Both the position numbers and the translations under genes were made by a program. A stretch of 50,112 bases of DNA, from assembly GCA_038883715.1 (NCBI GenBank), contig JAVZLS010000011.1, positions 1-50,112 of the forward strand, read 5' to 3'. Positions 36,230-45,867 of the stretch are shown one piece after another (the stretch's first letter is position 1; every line of letters starts with the position of its first letter). This stretch comes from Candidatus Bathyarchaeia archaeon. GTDB taxonomy: Archaea > Thermoproteota > Bathyarchaeia > Bathyarchaeales > Bathycorpusculaceae. The notes under the pieces are model-generated. The model searched no databases. It was not told where the DNA came from and saw only the letters and a list, made by a program, of their open reading frames with translations.

Positions 36230-37681
36230 GAAAGGGACTTTAAGAAGCCTGAAACTCGTGAAGAGTTCGTAAGGATTTTGACGGATGCCGCTAGGAAAGA
36301 GGTGGAAGCACGCACTCTTTTGTCGGGTAAGCCTGCAAAGCCGACGGTTTCCGGTACGGCTAAGATTTTAGGGATTCATAGGGATACCCTCTATTCTTGG
36401 CTTAGGGAGTTTAATGTCGATTTCGATGAGGTTGTTGCTGGTATTTCTACGGTTGAGGTGTCGGGTGTTCGACAGCCTCCTAAGGGGTATACTTTTCTAA
36501 TAGGGGAGGCTTTTGTCGGAGAGGGAAATGAGGTTGCTCATATAGATCTTTTGATAGGCGACAAGGATGGGCCTGTTGGGGAGGCTTTTGCAAATGGTTT
36601 GGCTCATCTTTCTATGGGGCACACGCCGCTTTTGGCGGTTATTAGGCCTAATCTTCCGCCTAAACCGCACACTTTGCTGGTGCCTAAAGTGACTGTGAAG
36701 GATCTTGAGGATGCTAACAAGGTTTTTGGTCCTGCTCAGGCGGCGGTTGCTAAGGCTATTGCTGATGCTGTTGAGGAGGGCATAATCCCAAAAGATAAGG
36801 TTGACGACTGGGTTGTGGTTTGCAGCGTCTTTGTCCATCCGAAGGCTAGTGACCACCGTAAAATATATCATTATAATTATAGTGCAACGAAGTTGGCTTT
36901 GAAGAGGGCTATGGCGAGGTATCCTTCGCTGGAGAAGGTTTTCTACGACAAGGATAGGGCTAAGCATCCAATGCTGGGTTACAGGGTGCCACGCCTATGG
37001 AGACCGCCGTACCTGCAGATTTCCCTTGACATACCTGACTTAGAGCGGACTAAGAAGATTATTATGCAGATTCCGAGAAGCGACAGGATAATTTTGGAGG
37101 CTGGTACGCCGCTCATAAAGCGTTACGGCACCAAAGTGATAAGCGAGCTTAGAGAAGTCGCAAGAGACATATTCTTTATGGCAGATTTGAAAACCCTTGA
37201 CGTTGGGAAGGTGGAGGTGGATATAGCCTATGAGGAGACAGCCGACGGCGTTATAGCAGCGGGTTTGGCGCCCACTGAAACCCTAGACGCCTTCATTTAT
37301 GAGGCGAAAAGGCTTGGGATTTATGCGGCTATTGACATGCTTAACGTTGAAGACCCGATAAAGAAGCTTAAAACTCTCAGAGACTTTCCAGATATTGTCA
37401 TTATTCATAGGGGCATAGACGAGGAGACCGGCAGAACCATTGGACTGGAGCTTATCCAAGAGCTTAGGCAAACATTCAAGGACAAGAAGTTCCTTATTGC
37501 TGTGGCCGGTGGGATAATCCCAGAGACCGCGAAAGAAGCGTTGGAGAAGGGCGCCGACATAGTTGTTGTTGGACGCTATGTAACGCAGTCAAGGGATATC
37601 GAAAGGTCTGTCAGGGAGTTCTTAGAGTTAACACCAGAAATGAGAGAAGACATAGATGTCTATAGAGTCCACGTAGAATAG
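36224..37681 (+). CDS. fae-hps: Formaldehyde-activating enzyme / 3-hexulose-6-phosphate synthase fusion with an extra N-terminal HTH
   Basis: Fae: GEAFVGEGNEVAHIDLLIG, GHTPLLAV, FGPAQAAVA; Hps: LQISLD, EAGTPLIK, DLKTLD, HRGID, AGGI, VVGR; N-terminal TVSGTAKILGIHRDTLYSWL. Confidence 0.93.
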   Translation: MSERDFKKPETREEFVRILTDAARKEVEARTLLSGKPAKPTVSGTAKILGIHRDTLYSWLREFNVDFDEVVAGISTVEVSGVRQPPKGYTFLIGEAFVGEGNEVAHIDLLIGDKDGPVGEAFANGLAHLSMGHTPLLAVIRPNLPPKPHTLLVPKVTVKDLEDANKVFGPAQAAVAKAIADAVEEGIIPKDKVDDWVVVCSVFVHPKASDHRKIYHYNYSATKLALKRAMARYPSLEKVFYDKDRAKHPMLGYRVPRLWRPPYLQISLDIPDLERTKKIIMQIPRSDRIILEAGTPLIKRYGTKVISELREVARDIFFMADLKTLDVGKVEVDIAYEETADGVIAAGLAPTETLDAFIYEAKRLGIYAAIDMLNVEDPIKKLKTLRDFPDIVIIHRGIDEETGRTIGLELIQELRQTFKDKKFLIAVAGGIIPETAKEALEKGADIVVVGRYVTQSRDIERSVREFLELTPEMREDIDVYRVHVE

Positions 37682-37696
37682 GCGGTACCTTTTGCT

Positions 37697-38887
37697 TCAG
37701 GAGTACAGCTTAAAAGATGCATAAGCAAGTAGAAAAGCTGCTCCCGCGAATAAAAACGCATAAGTGAAACCCAAAGTTTGGGCAACAAACGGACCAGTGA
37801 AAGCGCCGATGGCGCCACCTACACTCACAAGGACATCAAAGACGCCCGCTTTCCCAGCGGGTATAAGCTCCATTGACAGAGAGAGCACGGAAACATGGTA
37901 TAAAGCGTAGACGAAACCCATCAACGTTAGGATTAATGTGGCAAAAATTGCTGTGCCAAAGCTTAAAACGGTAAAACCCGCCAAGAGAATGGCAAGGAGG
38001 CTCCTCATCCAAACTATCTTTTGCAAACGTGCCCTCTCCTCATATTGTTCGAGCCTTTTTCTTGCTAAGAAATAGCCGACGGTGCTTGCCGCGGAGTTTG
38101 AAACGTATATGGCGTAAACCATGTAGGTTGGCAAGTTCAAATCTTTGGAGAAGAAGACTGGTAGAGGCGTGAATAGAATGTTTGCGGCAAAAGAGAAAAG
38201 CATTAATCCCCCGCAAAAAGCGTAAACATTCTCCACTTTAAGGTGTATATGAACGGGTAAACCTTCCAAAATTTTCGAGGCCAAAGTCGCACCTTTATGT
38301 ACAAAACTAACGCTTTTTTCTATGTTTACCAAACCTCTTTCAACAACTATGATTGGATCAGCAACCAAAAACAAGGAGAGCAAGAAGGCCAAAAAGTTTG
38401 AGCCGCTACAAATCAGCAATGTTGTCTTTGCATCAAAACTCGCTGAGGAGAATATGAAAATTCCAATGCACAGTCCGGTTAGCCAGCCTATTTCAGTCAG
38501 CCCTTCATAAAGGGCGTAGGCTTTCTCCCATTCATCTCTTGTATAGAATTCGGCTATGAGCACATTTTTGGGTGGTTCATGGGCAGCGTGGAAAACAGAA
38601 ATAATCACATATAAAGCTATGAGTACATTCACGTTAGTTGGGTGAGTGAAAAAGTATAGCAGAATAGAGGTGGATAAAAACGAAAGTAGGATGTAGCGTT
38701 TGTAATGTTGTGTTTTGTCGCACAAGTAACCCCAAAAGAAGAAGGCCGGAATGGACGCGAGTGAAGCGGTGAAAGTCATCACTCCTATGTCGAGCAACGA
38801 CCCACCAATGCTCATGATGTAAAGGGGGAGGAAAACTGAAAGTAGACCAAAAGCCATTTCATGGAACAGGAATCCCAAACGCCACAT
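37697..38887 (-). CDS. MFS transporter
   Basis: About 12 TM segments; WGYLCDK motif A-like. Confidence 0.88.
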   Translation of the reverse strand: MWRLGFLFHEMAFGLLSVFLPLYIMSIGGSLLDIGVMTFTASLASIPAFFFWGYLCDKTQHYKRYILLSFLSTSILLYFFTHPTNVNVLIALYVIISVFHAAHEPPKNVLIAEFYTRDEWEKAYALYEGLTEIGWLTGLCIGIFIFSSASFDAKTTLLICSGSNFLAFLLSLFLVADPIIVVERGLVNIEKSVSFVHKGATLASKILEGLPVHIHLKVENVYAFCGGLMLFSFAANILFTPLPVFFSKDLNLPTYMVYAIYVSNSAASTVGYFLARKRLEQYEERARLQKIVWMRSLLAILLAGFTVLSFGTAIFATLILTLMGFVYALYHVSVLSLSMELIPAGKAGVFDVLVSVGGAIGAFTGPFVAQTLGFTYAFLFAGAAFLLAYASFKLYS

Positions 38888-39024
38888 AAACGGTGAACAA
38901 CATTATGGCAAAATTAAAACTTTTGCCTTGGTAAAACTGGAAGCTATATACACAGTCGATGTTTTCACACAATCCTTAATAATTAGAGATTTAACTTCAT
39001 AATCTCCGCTGGAGAGAAACGCCA

Positions 39025-39435
39025 ATGGCTAAATTTAAGGTTATAGTGTCGGATCCCGAGGATGGGACTTCGAAGACTGTAGAGTTGGAAGATGCGCGAG
39101 CGGTTCCGTTAATCGGGAAGAAGATAGGCGACATAATAGACGGTTCAGTTATTGGCTTACCAGGTTTTAAGGTTCAGATTACCGGCGGTTCCGATAAGGA
39201 TGGCTTTCCAATGAGACCTAATGTGCATGGTGGAGTGCGAAGAAGCGTCGTGTTAAGCGGCGGGGTTGGCTTTAACCCGCAGAATGAGGGGGAGCGAAGA
39301 CGAAAAAGGGTCCGTGGAAACATCATCACAGATGAAATTGTTCAGGTGAACATGAAAGTAGTTGAGAAGCCGAAGGGCAAAAAGGGTGGAGAAACAAAGG
39401 AGAAGTCTCCGTTAACTCGGGAAGAGAAAGCCTAA
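39025..39435 (+). CDS. rps6e: 30S ribosomal protein S6e
   Basis: ITGGSDKDGFPM...GERRRKRVRGN. Confidence 0.97.
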   Translation: MAKFKVIVSDPEDGTSKTVELEDARAVPLIGKKIGDIIDGSVIGLPGFKVQITGGSDKDGFPMRPNVHGGVRRSVVLSGGVGFNPQNEGERRRKRVRGNIITDEIVQVNMKVVEKPKGKKGGETKEKSPLTREEKA

Positions 39436-39519
39436 ACGCGGAATGTATTTTGCTTAATATTTATTAACCTGCACGGCAACATCCTTCAATAATCATAGTT
39501 GTAAAGGGAAAATAGAGAA

Positions 39520-40770
39520 ATGAGCGAAGAAAAGACTGTTGCTTTGCCGCGGCAGCCGGAAATAAACATTGGCACGATAGGGCATGTTGACCATGGCAAA
39601 ACAACCTTGGTGCAGGCTTTAACTGGCATCTGGGCTGCTAGACACAGCGAGGAGCTCAAGCGGGGCATAACAATAAAGTTGGGCTATGCGGACATGCCCG
39701 TATACAAGTGCCCAAAATGCGAGCCGCCAAAAAACTATTCAAAAGAGACCTTCTGCCCTCATTGCGGTTCTGAAACAACCTTCATAAGAGCCGTAAGCTT
39801 TGTTGATGCTCCTGGACATGAGGCTTTGATGGCTACGATGCTTTCCGGAGCAGCAATAATGGATGGGGCAATACTTGTTATTGCTGCTGACGAACCTTGC
39901 CCTCAGCCACAAACTAGAGAGCACTTGGCTGCGGCTGAAATTATCGGCATCAAGAATATCATTATAGTGCAAAACAAAATCGACATCGTAACCGAGGAAA
40001 GGGCTCGGAAAAGCTATGAGGAGATTAAAAATTTTGTTAAGGGAACAATCGCCGAAAACGCCCCGATAATTCCAGTTTCAGCCCAACGGAGCGTGAACAT
40101 AGACGCTTTAATCCAAGCCATGGAAGAGTTTATACCAACACCTAAAAGGGATGAGACAAAACAGCCTTTAATGTATGTTGTACGCTCTTTTGATGTGAAT
40201 AAGCCGGGCACTCCGATAGAGAAGCTTAGGGGCGGAGTTATAGGCGGAACAATTTTGCAGGGAAAGTTTGCTATTGATGATGATATAGAGCTTCGCCCGG
40301 GAATAAGCGTTGAGGAAGAGGGCAAAACTGTCTACAAGCCTCTTTTCAGCGAAATCACAAGTTTGCACGCTGGAGGAAGGAACGTTAAGGAAGCCCACTG
40401 TGGCGGTCTGGTTGGCGTCGGAACACTTCTAGACCCTTCGCTTTCTAAGGCTGATGGTTTAACTGGAAATATTGTTGGAAAGGCCGGAATGCTTCCGCAA
40501 GTTCTCACAGAGCTCAATTTGGAAACGTACATTCTTGAAAGAGCTGTGGGGACCAAGGAGCTTGCGAAAGTTGAAAGCATAAGCAAGGATGAAACACTAT
40601 TGCTTCATGTGGGCGCCGCAATAACTGTTGGAAAAGTTGTGGCGGTTAAGGGCGAAATGACCACGCTTAAGCTAACAAGGCCGGTGTGCGCACTTACCGG
40701 TTCGAGGGTTGCCATAAGTAGGAAGATTGCCGGAAGATGGCGATTAATAGGGTATGGAATGATAAAGTGA
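39520..40770 (+). CDS. eif2g: Translation initiation factor 2 gamma subunit
   Basis: GHVDHGKT, RGITIKLGY, Zn knuckle, DAPGHE, NKID, RWRLIGYG. Confidence 0.97.
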   Translation: MSEEKTVALPRQPEINIGTIGHVDHGKTTLVQALTGIWAARHSEELKRGITIKLGYADMPVYKCPKCEPPKNYSKETFCPHCGSETTFIRAVSFVDAPGHEALMATMLSGAAIMDGAILVIAADEPCPQPQTREHLAAAEIIGIKNIIIVQNKIDIVTEERARKSYEEIKNFVKGTIAENAPIIPVSAQRSVNIDALIQAMEEFIPTPKRDETKQPLMYVVRSFDVNKPGTPIEKLRGGVIGGTILQGKFAIDDDIELRPGISVEEEGKTVYKPLFSEITSLHAGGRNVKEAHCGGLVGVGTLLDPSLSKADGLTGNIVGKAGMLPQVLTELNLETYILERAVGTKELAKVESISKDETLLLHVGAAITVGKVVAVKGEMTTLKLTRPVCALTGSRVAISRKIAGRWRLIGYGMIK

Positions 40771-41207
40771 CAAGCCACCAAAACCCCGAAGCTCAAAAGG
40801 AAAAATTGAAGGTTATTCTTGACTCAAATGCACTTTTTGTCCCCTTAAAGTTTAAAATTGACATATTTGAGGAGCTGGGGAACCTTTTGAAGAGGAACAT
40901 TGAGTTTGTGTTGCTTTCGCCGGTTATGAGGGAGTTGGAAACTCTTGCCGCTAAAGGTTCGCCGAAGACACGAAAAGAGGCAGCCTACGCTTTGAGGCTT
41001 GCCGACAAATGTAAAATTGTAGATTTAGACGAAACTTGTGCGGGTTCTCCGGACGACGCCATTGTGAAAGTGGCGGGTGAATGGAAAAGTCCCGTTTTCA
41101 CCAATGATAGAGCGCTTCGGAAGAGGTTAAGAGATATAAATGTGCCAGTTATTTATGTGAGGCAAAAGTCCCGGCTTGAAATTGAGGGAGGATACAGCCT
41201 TGTTTAA
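40767..41207 (+). CDS. PIN-domain protein (Fcf1/Utp24-like)
   Basis: ILDSNAL, ELE, DDAI, TNDRALRKR; conserved position after eif2g. Confidence 0.88.
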   Translation: MTSHQNPEAQKEKLKVILDSNALFVPLKFKIDIFEELGNLLKRNIEFVLLSPVMRELETLAAKGSPKTRKEAAYALRLADKCKIVDLDETCAGSPDDAIVKVAGEWKSPVFTNDRALRKRLRDINVPVIYVRQKSRLEIEGGYSLV

Positions 41208-41787
41208 GCTCATAACCATGGAGGACACAATTCGCATTCCCCCAGAAACCTTTGGCAACCCACTGGATGAGGTGGGTTACCAGCAAGTTAAAGCAAAGTA
41301 TGAGGGGGTTGTGGACGAAGTTCTAGGCTATGTTATCGCCGCAACGGATGTCAAAGTAAGCCCTATAGGGAAAATAATTCCGGGTGACGGGGCAACCTAT
41401 CATAAGGTAACCTTTTCATTGTTAACGTTTTATCCGGTTCTCCAAGAGGTTGTTGAGGGAGAAGTTGTTGAAATTGCGGATTTTGGAGCTTTTGTCCGTA
41501 TAGGACCAGTTGACGCTCTGCTTCATGTTTCACAGTTGATGGATGATTTTATCTCCTACGACGAGAAACAAGGCGTTCTGATTGGAAAACAGACCAACAG
41601 GAGACTGGCGGCGGGTGACAGAGTTCGCGTCCGCATAACAGCCGTCTCTCTCGGCAGGGTAGGCGGCTCGGCGAAGATAGGTGTAACAGCAAGACAGCCA
41701 TTCCTTGGGAAGCTGGAGTGGATAGAGCAAGACTTGCAAAAGTTGAAAGAAGCTTCTGAAAAGAAGAAGGAGAAGGCTAAAGAATGA
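41200..41787 (+). CDS. rpo7: RNA polymerase subunit Rpo7 (E')
   Basis: IRIPPE, GDGATY, FGAFVRIGPVDALLHVSQ, RQPFLGKLEW; TTG start inferred. Confidence 0.96.
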   Translation: MFKLITMEDTIRIPPETFGNPLDEVGYQQVKAKYEGVVDEVLGYVIAATDVKVSPIGKIIPGDGATYHKVTFSLLTFYPVLQEVVEGEVVEIADFGAFVRIGPVDALLHVSQLMDDFISYDEKQGVLIGKQTNRRLAAGDRVRVRITAVSLGRVGGSAKIGVTARQPFLGKLEWIEQDLQKLKEASEKKKEKAKE

Positions 41788-41969
41788 GCGAAAAAGCCTG
41801 CACAACATGTCACACAATAACAACCAGCAACGTCTGCCCAAAATGTAAGACCTCAACTCTCAGCGACGATTACAGCGGACTCGTAATAATATTTGACCCA
41901 GAGGGTTCAGCTATTGCAAAGGCGATGAATATTAAGGAGAAGGGGCGCTACGCCTTAAAGGTTAGATAA
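41784..41969 (+). CDS. spt4: Transcription elongation factor Spt4 (RpoE'')
   Basis: ACTTC...CPKC...SGLVIIFDPEGSAIA...GRYALKVR. Confidence 0.96.
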   Translation: MSEKACTTCHTITTSNVCPKCKTSTLSDDYSGLVIIFDPEGSAIAKAMNIKEKGRYALKVR

Positions 41970-42497
41970 ATGAGCATAGCCTATGTGTTGCCGTTAGCGC
42001 TTCGGAGAAAACTTAAAAAGCCCCTTGGCACGCTCATCAGAGGCTCTTTTGAAGAAACCGTCAAAAGGTTTAAGCAGATTGTGGATGGAGAAAAGCCGCC
42101 AAGCATAATTTCAGTCGGAGACACTGTTTCAAAGAATCTTGTTGGAAATGGGATTTTTCCAAACCTTATAATTATTGATAACCGAGTTATGCGCAGGGAT
42201 ATAGCTCCAGCGCCACTAAAGACAGATGTGGAAAAGCATGTTAAAAACCCTCCGGGAACTATAACTTTTGAAGCCTTAAGCGCCATCAAAGAAGCCTTGG
42301 AGGCTAATCGGAGGACGAAAATTGTTGTTGATGGGGAAGAAGACCTCTTGGCATTGTGTGCCATCTTGTATGCGCCTGAAAACTCTTTTGTGGTTTATGG
42401 TCAGCCCCGTGAGGGCATGGTGGTCGTTAAAGCTACAAGGCAGAAGAAGGAAGAGGTTGCCAGAATATTAAAGGCTATGGAGGTTGCGAAAGGCTAA
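41970..42497 (+). CDS. GTP-dependent dephospho-CoA kinase (DUF359)
   Basis: LKKPLG, SVGD, NPPGTIT, VDGEEDL, YGQPREG. Confidence 0.92.
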   Translation: MSIAYVLPLALRRKLKKPLGTLIRGSFEETVKRFKQIVDGEKPPSIISVGDTVSKNLVGNGIFPNLIIIDNRVMRRDIAPAPLKTDVEKHVKNPPGTITFEALSAIKEALEANRRTKIVVDGEEDLLALCAILYAPENSFVVYGQPREGMVVVKATRQKKEEVARILKAMEVAKG

Positions 42498-42542
42498 ATA
42501 AAGGGAAAAGGGTATCAAGTCAGACACCACAAGGGAAAAGCT

Positions 42543-42854
42543 ATGGAAGTCAAAATCTTGTCTGAAAATGTGAACCCGCTTCTGAAACGTAAGGAAGTCA
42601 TTTTCCAAGTGGACCACAACCAGACTGGTAGCACTCCTCCGAGGTTGGAGGTAAAAAATGCCATTGCAAAGCTGCTGAAAATTGACGCAAACCTTGTCTT
42701 CATCAAAAAGTTGGAGACAAAGACTGGTACACATAAAGCCATCGGATTGGCTAACGTTTATGACTCCACTGAACACGCAAAGCTTATTGAGCCCGAATAC
42801 ATTGTAAAGAGAAACATACCGCCAGAAAAACCAAAAGAAGAAGGGAAAGAGTAA
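42543..42854 (+). CDS. rps24e: 30S ribosomal protein S24e
   Basis: NPLLKRKE, TPPR, VYDS...EPEYIVKRN. Confidence 0.96.
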   Translation: MEVKILSENVNPLLKRKEVIFQVDHNQTGSTPPRLEVKNAIAKLLKIDANLVFIKKLETKTGTHKAIGLANVYDSTEHAKLIEPEYIVKRNIPPEKPKEEGKE

Positions 42855-42855
42855 A

Positions 42856-43101
42856 ATGGCTGAAAAAAACGAGGAAGCCCCAGCAGAAGAAGCAGCACCA
42901 AAGGCGGCACCGAAAAAGGGTAAGAGAGAAAAAAGAAAACGGGAAGAGAAAGGAATCCACTCCATCTATAAAATTGAAGGAGGAAAAATTGTCAGACTTC
43001 GTCCCACATGTGAACGCTGTGGACCTGGATATTTCATGGCTGACCACGGGGACCGATACGCATGCGGGCACTGCGGCTTCACGAGATATAAACACACTTA
43101 A
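42856..43101 (+). CDS. rps27ae: 30S ribosomal protein S27ae
   Basis: CERCGPGYFMADHGDRYACGHCG. Confidence 0.96.
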   Translation: MAEKNEEAPAEEAAPKAAPKKGKREKRKREEKGIHSIYKIEGGKIVRLRPTCERCGPGYFMADHGDRYACGHCGFTRYKHT

Positions 43102-43122
43102 ATTGTGCGATTACCATAGTGT

Positions 43123-43560
43123 ATGATGGTCAGAATGATTAGGGTAAATGTCCTAATAACAAATGTTTCTGGGGAGCGGTTCTGGGATATTAGGAAGCCC
43201 ATTCCACCAATCCAGATAAACACAAACCTTAACCTTGTTGAGGTGGAGAAAAAGTCGGATGACACGCTGGAAGTACCCTTCGTCTTAACGGTTAACTATA
43301 ACCCGTCAATAGCCCAAATAAGTCTCAAGGGAAGAGCCTATGTGGCTGGTAGCAAAGATGAGATAACAAAGATTTACGAGGATTATAAAGATAAGAAGCC
43401 GCCGCCACCAGTTCTTGTGCAATCCATCTCGAACGTGGTTTTTGTGGAGAGTGTAATCATTTCGAGAACTCTGAATATTCCGCCGCCAATACCGTTACCA
43501 CAGATTCCGCCGGCGAAAGAGGCGGAGAAAAAGCCTTCTGGTGTGGATTATACAGCCTAA
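43123..43560 (+). CDS. Conserved hypothetical protein, possible SecB-like fold
   Basis: Alternating beta strands, helix, then LNIPPPIPLP. Confidence 0.7.
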   Translation: MMVRMIRVNVLITNVSGERFWDIRKPIPPIQINTNLNLVEVEKKSDDTLEVPFVLTVNYNPSIAQISLKGRAYVAGSKDEITKIYEDYKDKKPPPPVLVQSISNVVFVESVIISRTLNIPPPIPLPQIPPAKEAEKKPSGVDYTA

Positions 43561-43591
43561 AAGCGCCGCTCAAACTGGCGGAAGGCTATTT

Positions 43592-43996
43592 CTATTTTAG
43601 CGGAACATACATTGAAGAGCGAGATGCACCTATGCCGGGCGTTCCATGCTTGACAGGCTTGTTGGTTATTGCAAACTCGCCGAGGTAATGCCCAATCATA
43701 TCTGGTTTTATCTCAACTGGGACGAATTCTTTGCCGTTGTGAACGTGAATTGTCAATCCAACCATCTCTGGCAGTATTATCATGTCGCGGCAGTGGGTTT
43801 TTATGGTCACGTTTCCGCCTTTCCGCACGGCTTCCTTCGCCTTCCTTACGTTTTCCAGTAGGATTCGCTGCTCTGGAGACAAGCCTCTATGGAGACTTCT
43901 CCTCTGCCGTGACGGAAGCAGCATTATAAACTCGTCCATTGACATACCTTGCAGTTGCTCAAGCGTGTATCCGCGATATGTGAATTCCTTGGGCAT
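43592..43996 (-). CDS. rps19: 30S ribosomal protein S19
   Basis: [30 protein letters not shown]. Confidence 0.97.
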   Translation of the reverse strand: MPKEFTYRGYTLEQLQGMSMDEFIMLLPSRQRRSLHRGLSPEQRILLENVRKAKEAVRKGGNVTIKTHCRDMIILPEMVGLTIHVHNGKEFVPVEIKPDMIGHYLGEFAITNKPVKHGTPGIGASRSSMYVPLK

Positions 43997-44042
43997 GGCT
44001 TATCACCATTAAATTTTGATTGTGACGCTATAAACCTTCTGA

Positions 44043-44786
44043 TTACTCGCCTTCCTTCACCCTCTTCTTTCTCCGCCCAGTGCCTCTAGCCGCTATAAGC
44101 CCAACTTTCTTTCCAGGCGGGGCATTCCGCGAAACAGTTGTGACTTTCCTTGCGCTTCTTTTGCTGCTTCCATATGGGTGAACCGCCGCAACCATTGCTT
44201 TTCCACGGGTCCTCGGATATTTCCTTCCTCTAGCTCTCATTAAGTGGAATTTTGCTCCAGCCCTTAGGAACGGCTTTTCCGTCCTTCCAGCGCCCGCAAC
44301 AACGCCTATTGTGGCTCTGCAGTAATCGCTAATGTACTTGGTTTTGCCAGAGGGCAGCTTTATTAGGGTTCCCTGAGCCGTGTGCGCCACAATGGTGGCG
44401 TATGCGCCTGAAGATTTTGCGATTTTTCCGCCGTCTCCGGGTTTAAGCTCTATGTTGCAGACCATAGTGCCTTCTGGGATTTTACCAATTGGCAAGATGT
44501 TGCCAACCTCGATGCTTGCTTTCCCGCCCATCTGTATCTGCTGTACAGTGTACACGCCTTCAGGAGCCACTGTGTAGCATTCTTCCCCATTTTCAAATCT
44601 TATTAGGGCTAGGGGGGTACCTCTTCCCGGGTCGTGGAGGAGTTCCTCAACAATCCCCCTCGTTACAGTGTCGAAGATTTCTTTTGTTGCTGGTGGGTAG
44701 CATGCCGGAGCTACTCTCTTGTGGGTTGCGGCTCTGAAGGTGGGTCCGCCGCGCCCACGTCTTTGGACACGAATCCTCTTCCCCAT
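44043..44786 (-). CDS. rpl2: 50S ribosomal protein L2
   Basis: MGKRIRVQRRGRG, HDPGR, PGDGGK, RGKAM..VHPYG. Confidence 0.97.
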   Translation of the reverse strand: MGKRIRVQRRGRGGPTFRAATHKRVAPACYPPATKEIFDTVTRGIVEELLHDPGRGTPLALIRFENGEECYTVAPEGVYTVQQIQMGGKASIEVGNILPIGKIPEGTMVCNIELKPGDGGKIAKSSGAYATIVAHTAQGTLIKLPSGKTKYISDYCRATIGVVAGAGRTEKPFLRAGAKFHLMRARGRKYPRTRGKAMVAAVHPYGSSKRSARKVTTVSRNAPPGKKVGLIAARGTGRRKKRVKEGE

Positions 44787-44803
44787 AACTTTCACCACAC
44801 AAA

Positions 44804-45064
44804 CTATAGTATTCCAAGCTTTATGGCGACGTCCGTAGCCTTATAATCTGGATGGAGCTTAACAAAGGCTTTCTTTTGCCCTTTAGGCGTTATAACAATG
44901 TTTACTTTTTCAACCTTAACTTCGTAAAGCTCTTCAACAGCCCTTTTCACATCTTCCTTTGTGGCTTTTAGGTTGACTATGAAGACCAGTTTATTTTCCC
45001 TCTCAACCATTAAGCTGGCGGATTCCGTCATCAGCGGGTAAAGTATAACCTCATAAGGGTCCAT
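44804..45064 (-). CDS. rpl23: 50S ribosomal protein L23
   Basis: PLMTESA, NKLVF, KKAFVKL. Confidence 0.96.
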   Translation of the reverse strand: MDPYEVILYPLMTESASLMVERENKLVFIVNLKATKEDVKRAVEELYEVKVEKVNIVITPKGQKKAFVKLHPDYKATDVAIKLGIL

Positions 45065-45851
45065 TAGGCTTCTCACCTCTGCAATAAAGCTTGTCAAGAG
45101 TTTCTATGGCGCTGGCTGTCCAAATTGTCAATCTTCCGGGATGTGTTCCGGGTGCAAGAACCTCAGCATTCAAACTCTTAACTGGAACAACGTCTACGCC
45201 GGGTATGTTTCTAGCAGCTTCGCCCACACCCTTGTCTTCAGCCACAACTATTAAGGGTCCAACAGCCTGTTTTATTCTACGCCCCCGCATCTTTCCCTTT
45301 CCAGCCCTGACTTTCACGCTTTCCTTAACCCTGTACAAGTCGGCTAAAACGCCGAGCTTTATGAGGGCTTCTTCAACATCCTTGGTCCTTTTCAAGCTTT
45401 CAAGCTCATCTGTGACAACAAGAGGGATTTGTGGTACTCCTTCAACGGCGTGTCCTCTCGAAACCACCATTCCTTTAGAGGCGGTGGCGGCTATGGCGGA
45501 GAAAAGAGCTAAACGCTTCTCCTTTTTTGGAATCCGTTTAACAATTCTTTTCTCTGGAGTTGGTGGATGCGCCAGTCTACCGCCGACGGTTCCTGGTGCA
45601 AAGGCGCCTCTCCCAATAGGTCCTTTAGTTCTTGGTATTCTCGCTATGCCTAAGCCTACACCTCTGGATTCCGCCGAGGTTCTTTTCCCAGCCATTGGGT
45701 CTCTGCCTTGCGGCTGAAATCTTGTGGACTGTATGGCTAAGACTGCCCGTTTTATGACATCTGGCCTTATGGGTGTTTCAAAGATTGGGGGAAGCTTGAT
45801 TTTTCCAACGGGTTTTCCGTTGAGGTCGAAGACTTTTACTGTTTTAGCCAT
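45051..45851 (-). CDS. rpl4: 50S ribosomal protein L4
   Basis: [38 protein letters not shown]. Confidence 0.97.
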   Translation of the reverse strand: MAKTVKVFDLNGKPVGKIKLPPIFETPIRPDVIKRAVLAIQSTRFQPQGRDPMAGKRTSAESRGVGLGIARIPRTKGPIGRGAFAPGTVGGRLAHPPTPEKRIVKRIPKKEKRLALFSAIAATASKGMVVSRGHAVEGVPQIPLVVTDELESLKRTKDVEEALIKLGVLADLYRVKESVKVRAGKGKMRGRRIKQAVGPLIVVAEDKGVGEAARNIPGVDVVPVKSLNAEVLAPGTHPGRLTIWTASAIETLDKLYCRGEKPNGPL

Positions 45852-45867
45852 AAGACTTTCACCGTTC

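Noticed and set aside
45091-45717. Long antisense ORFs (also 20969-21487 and 26070-26666)
   Set aside because: Shadows of conserved genes with no recognisable motifs
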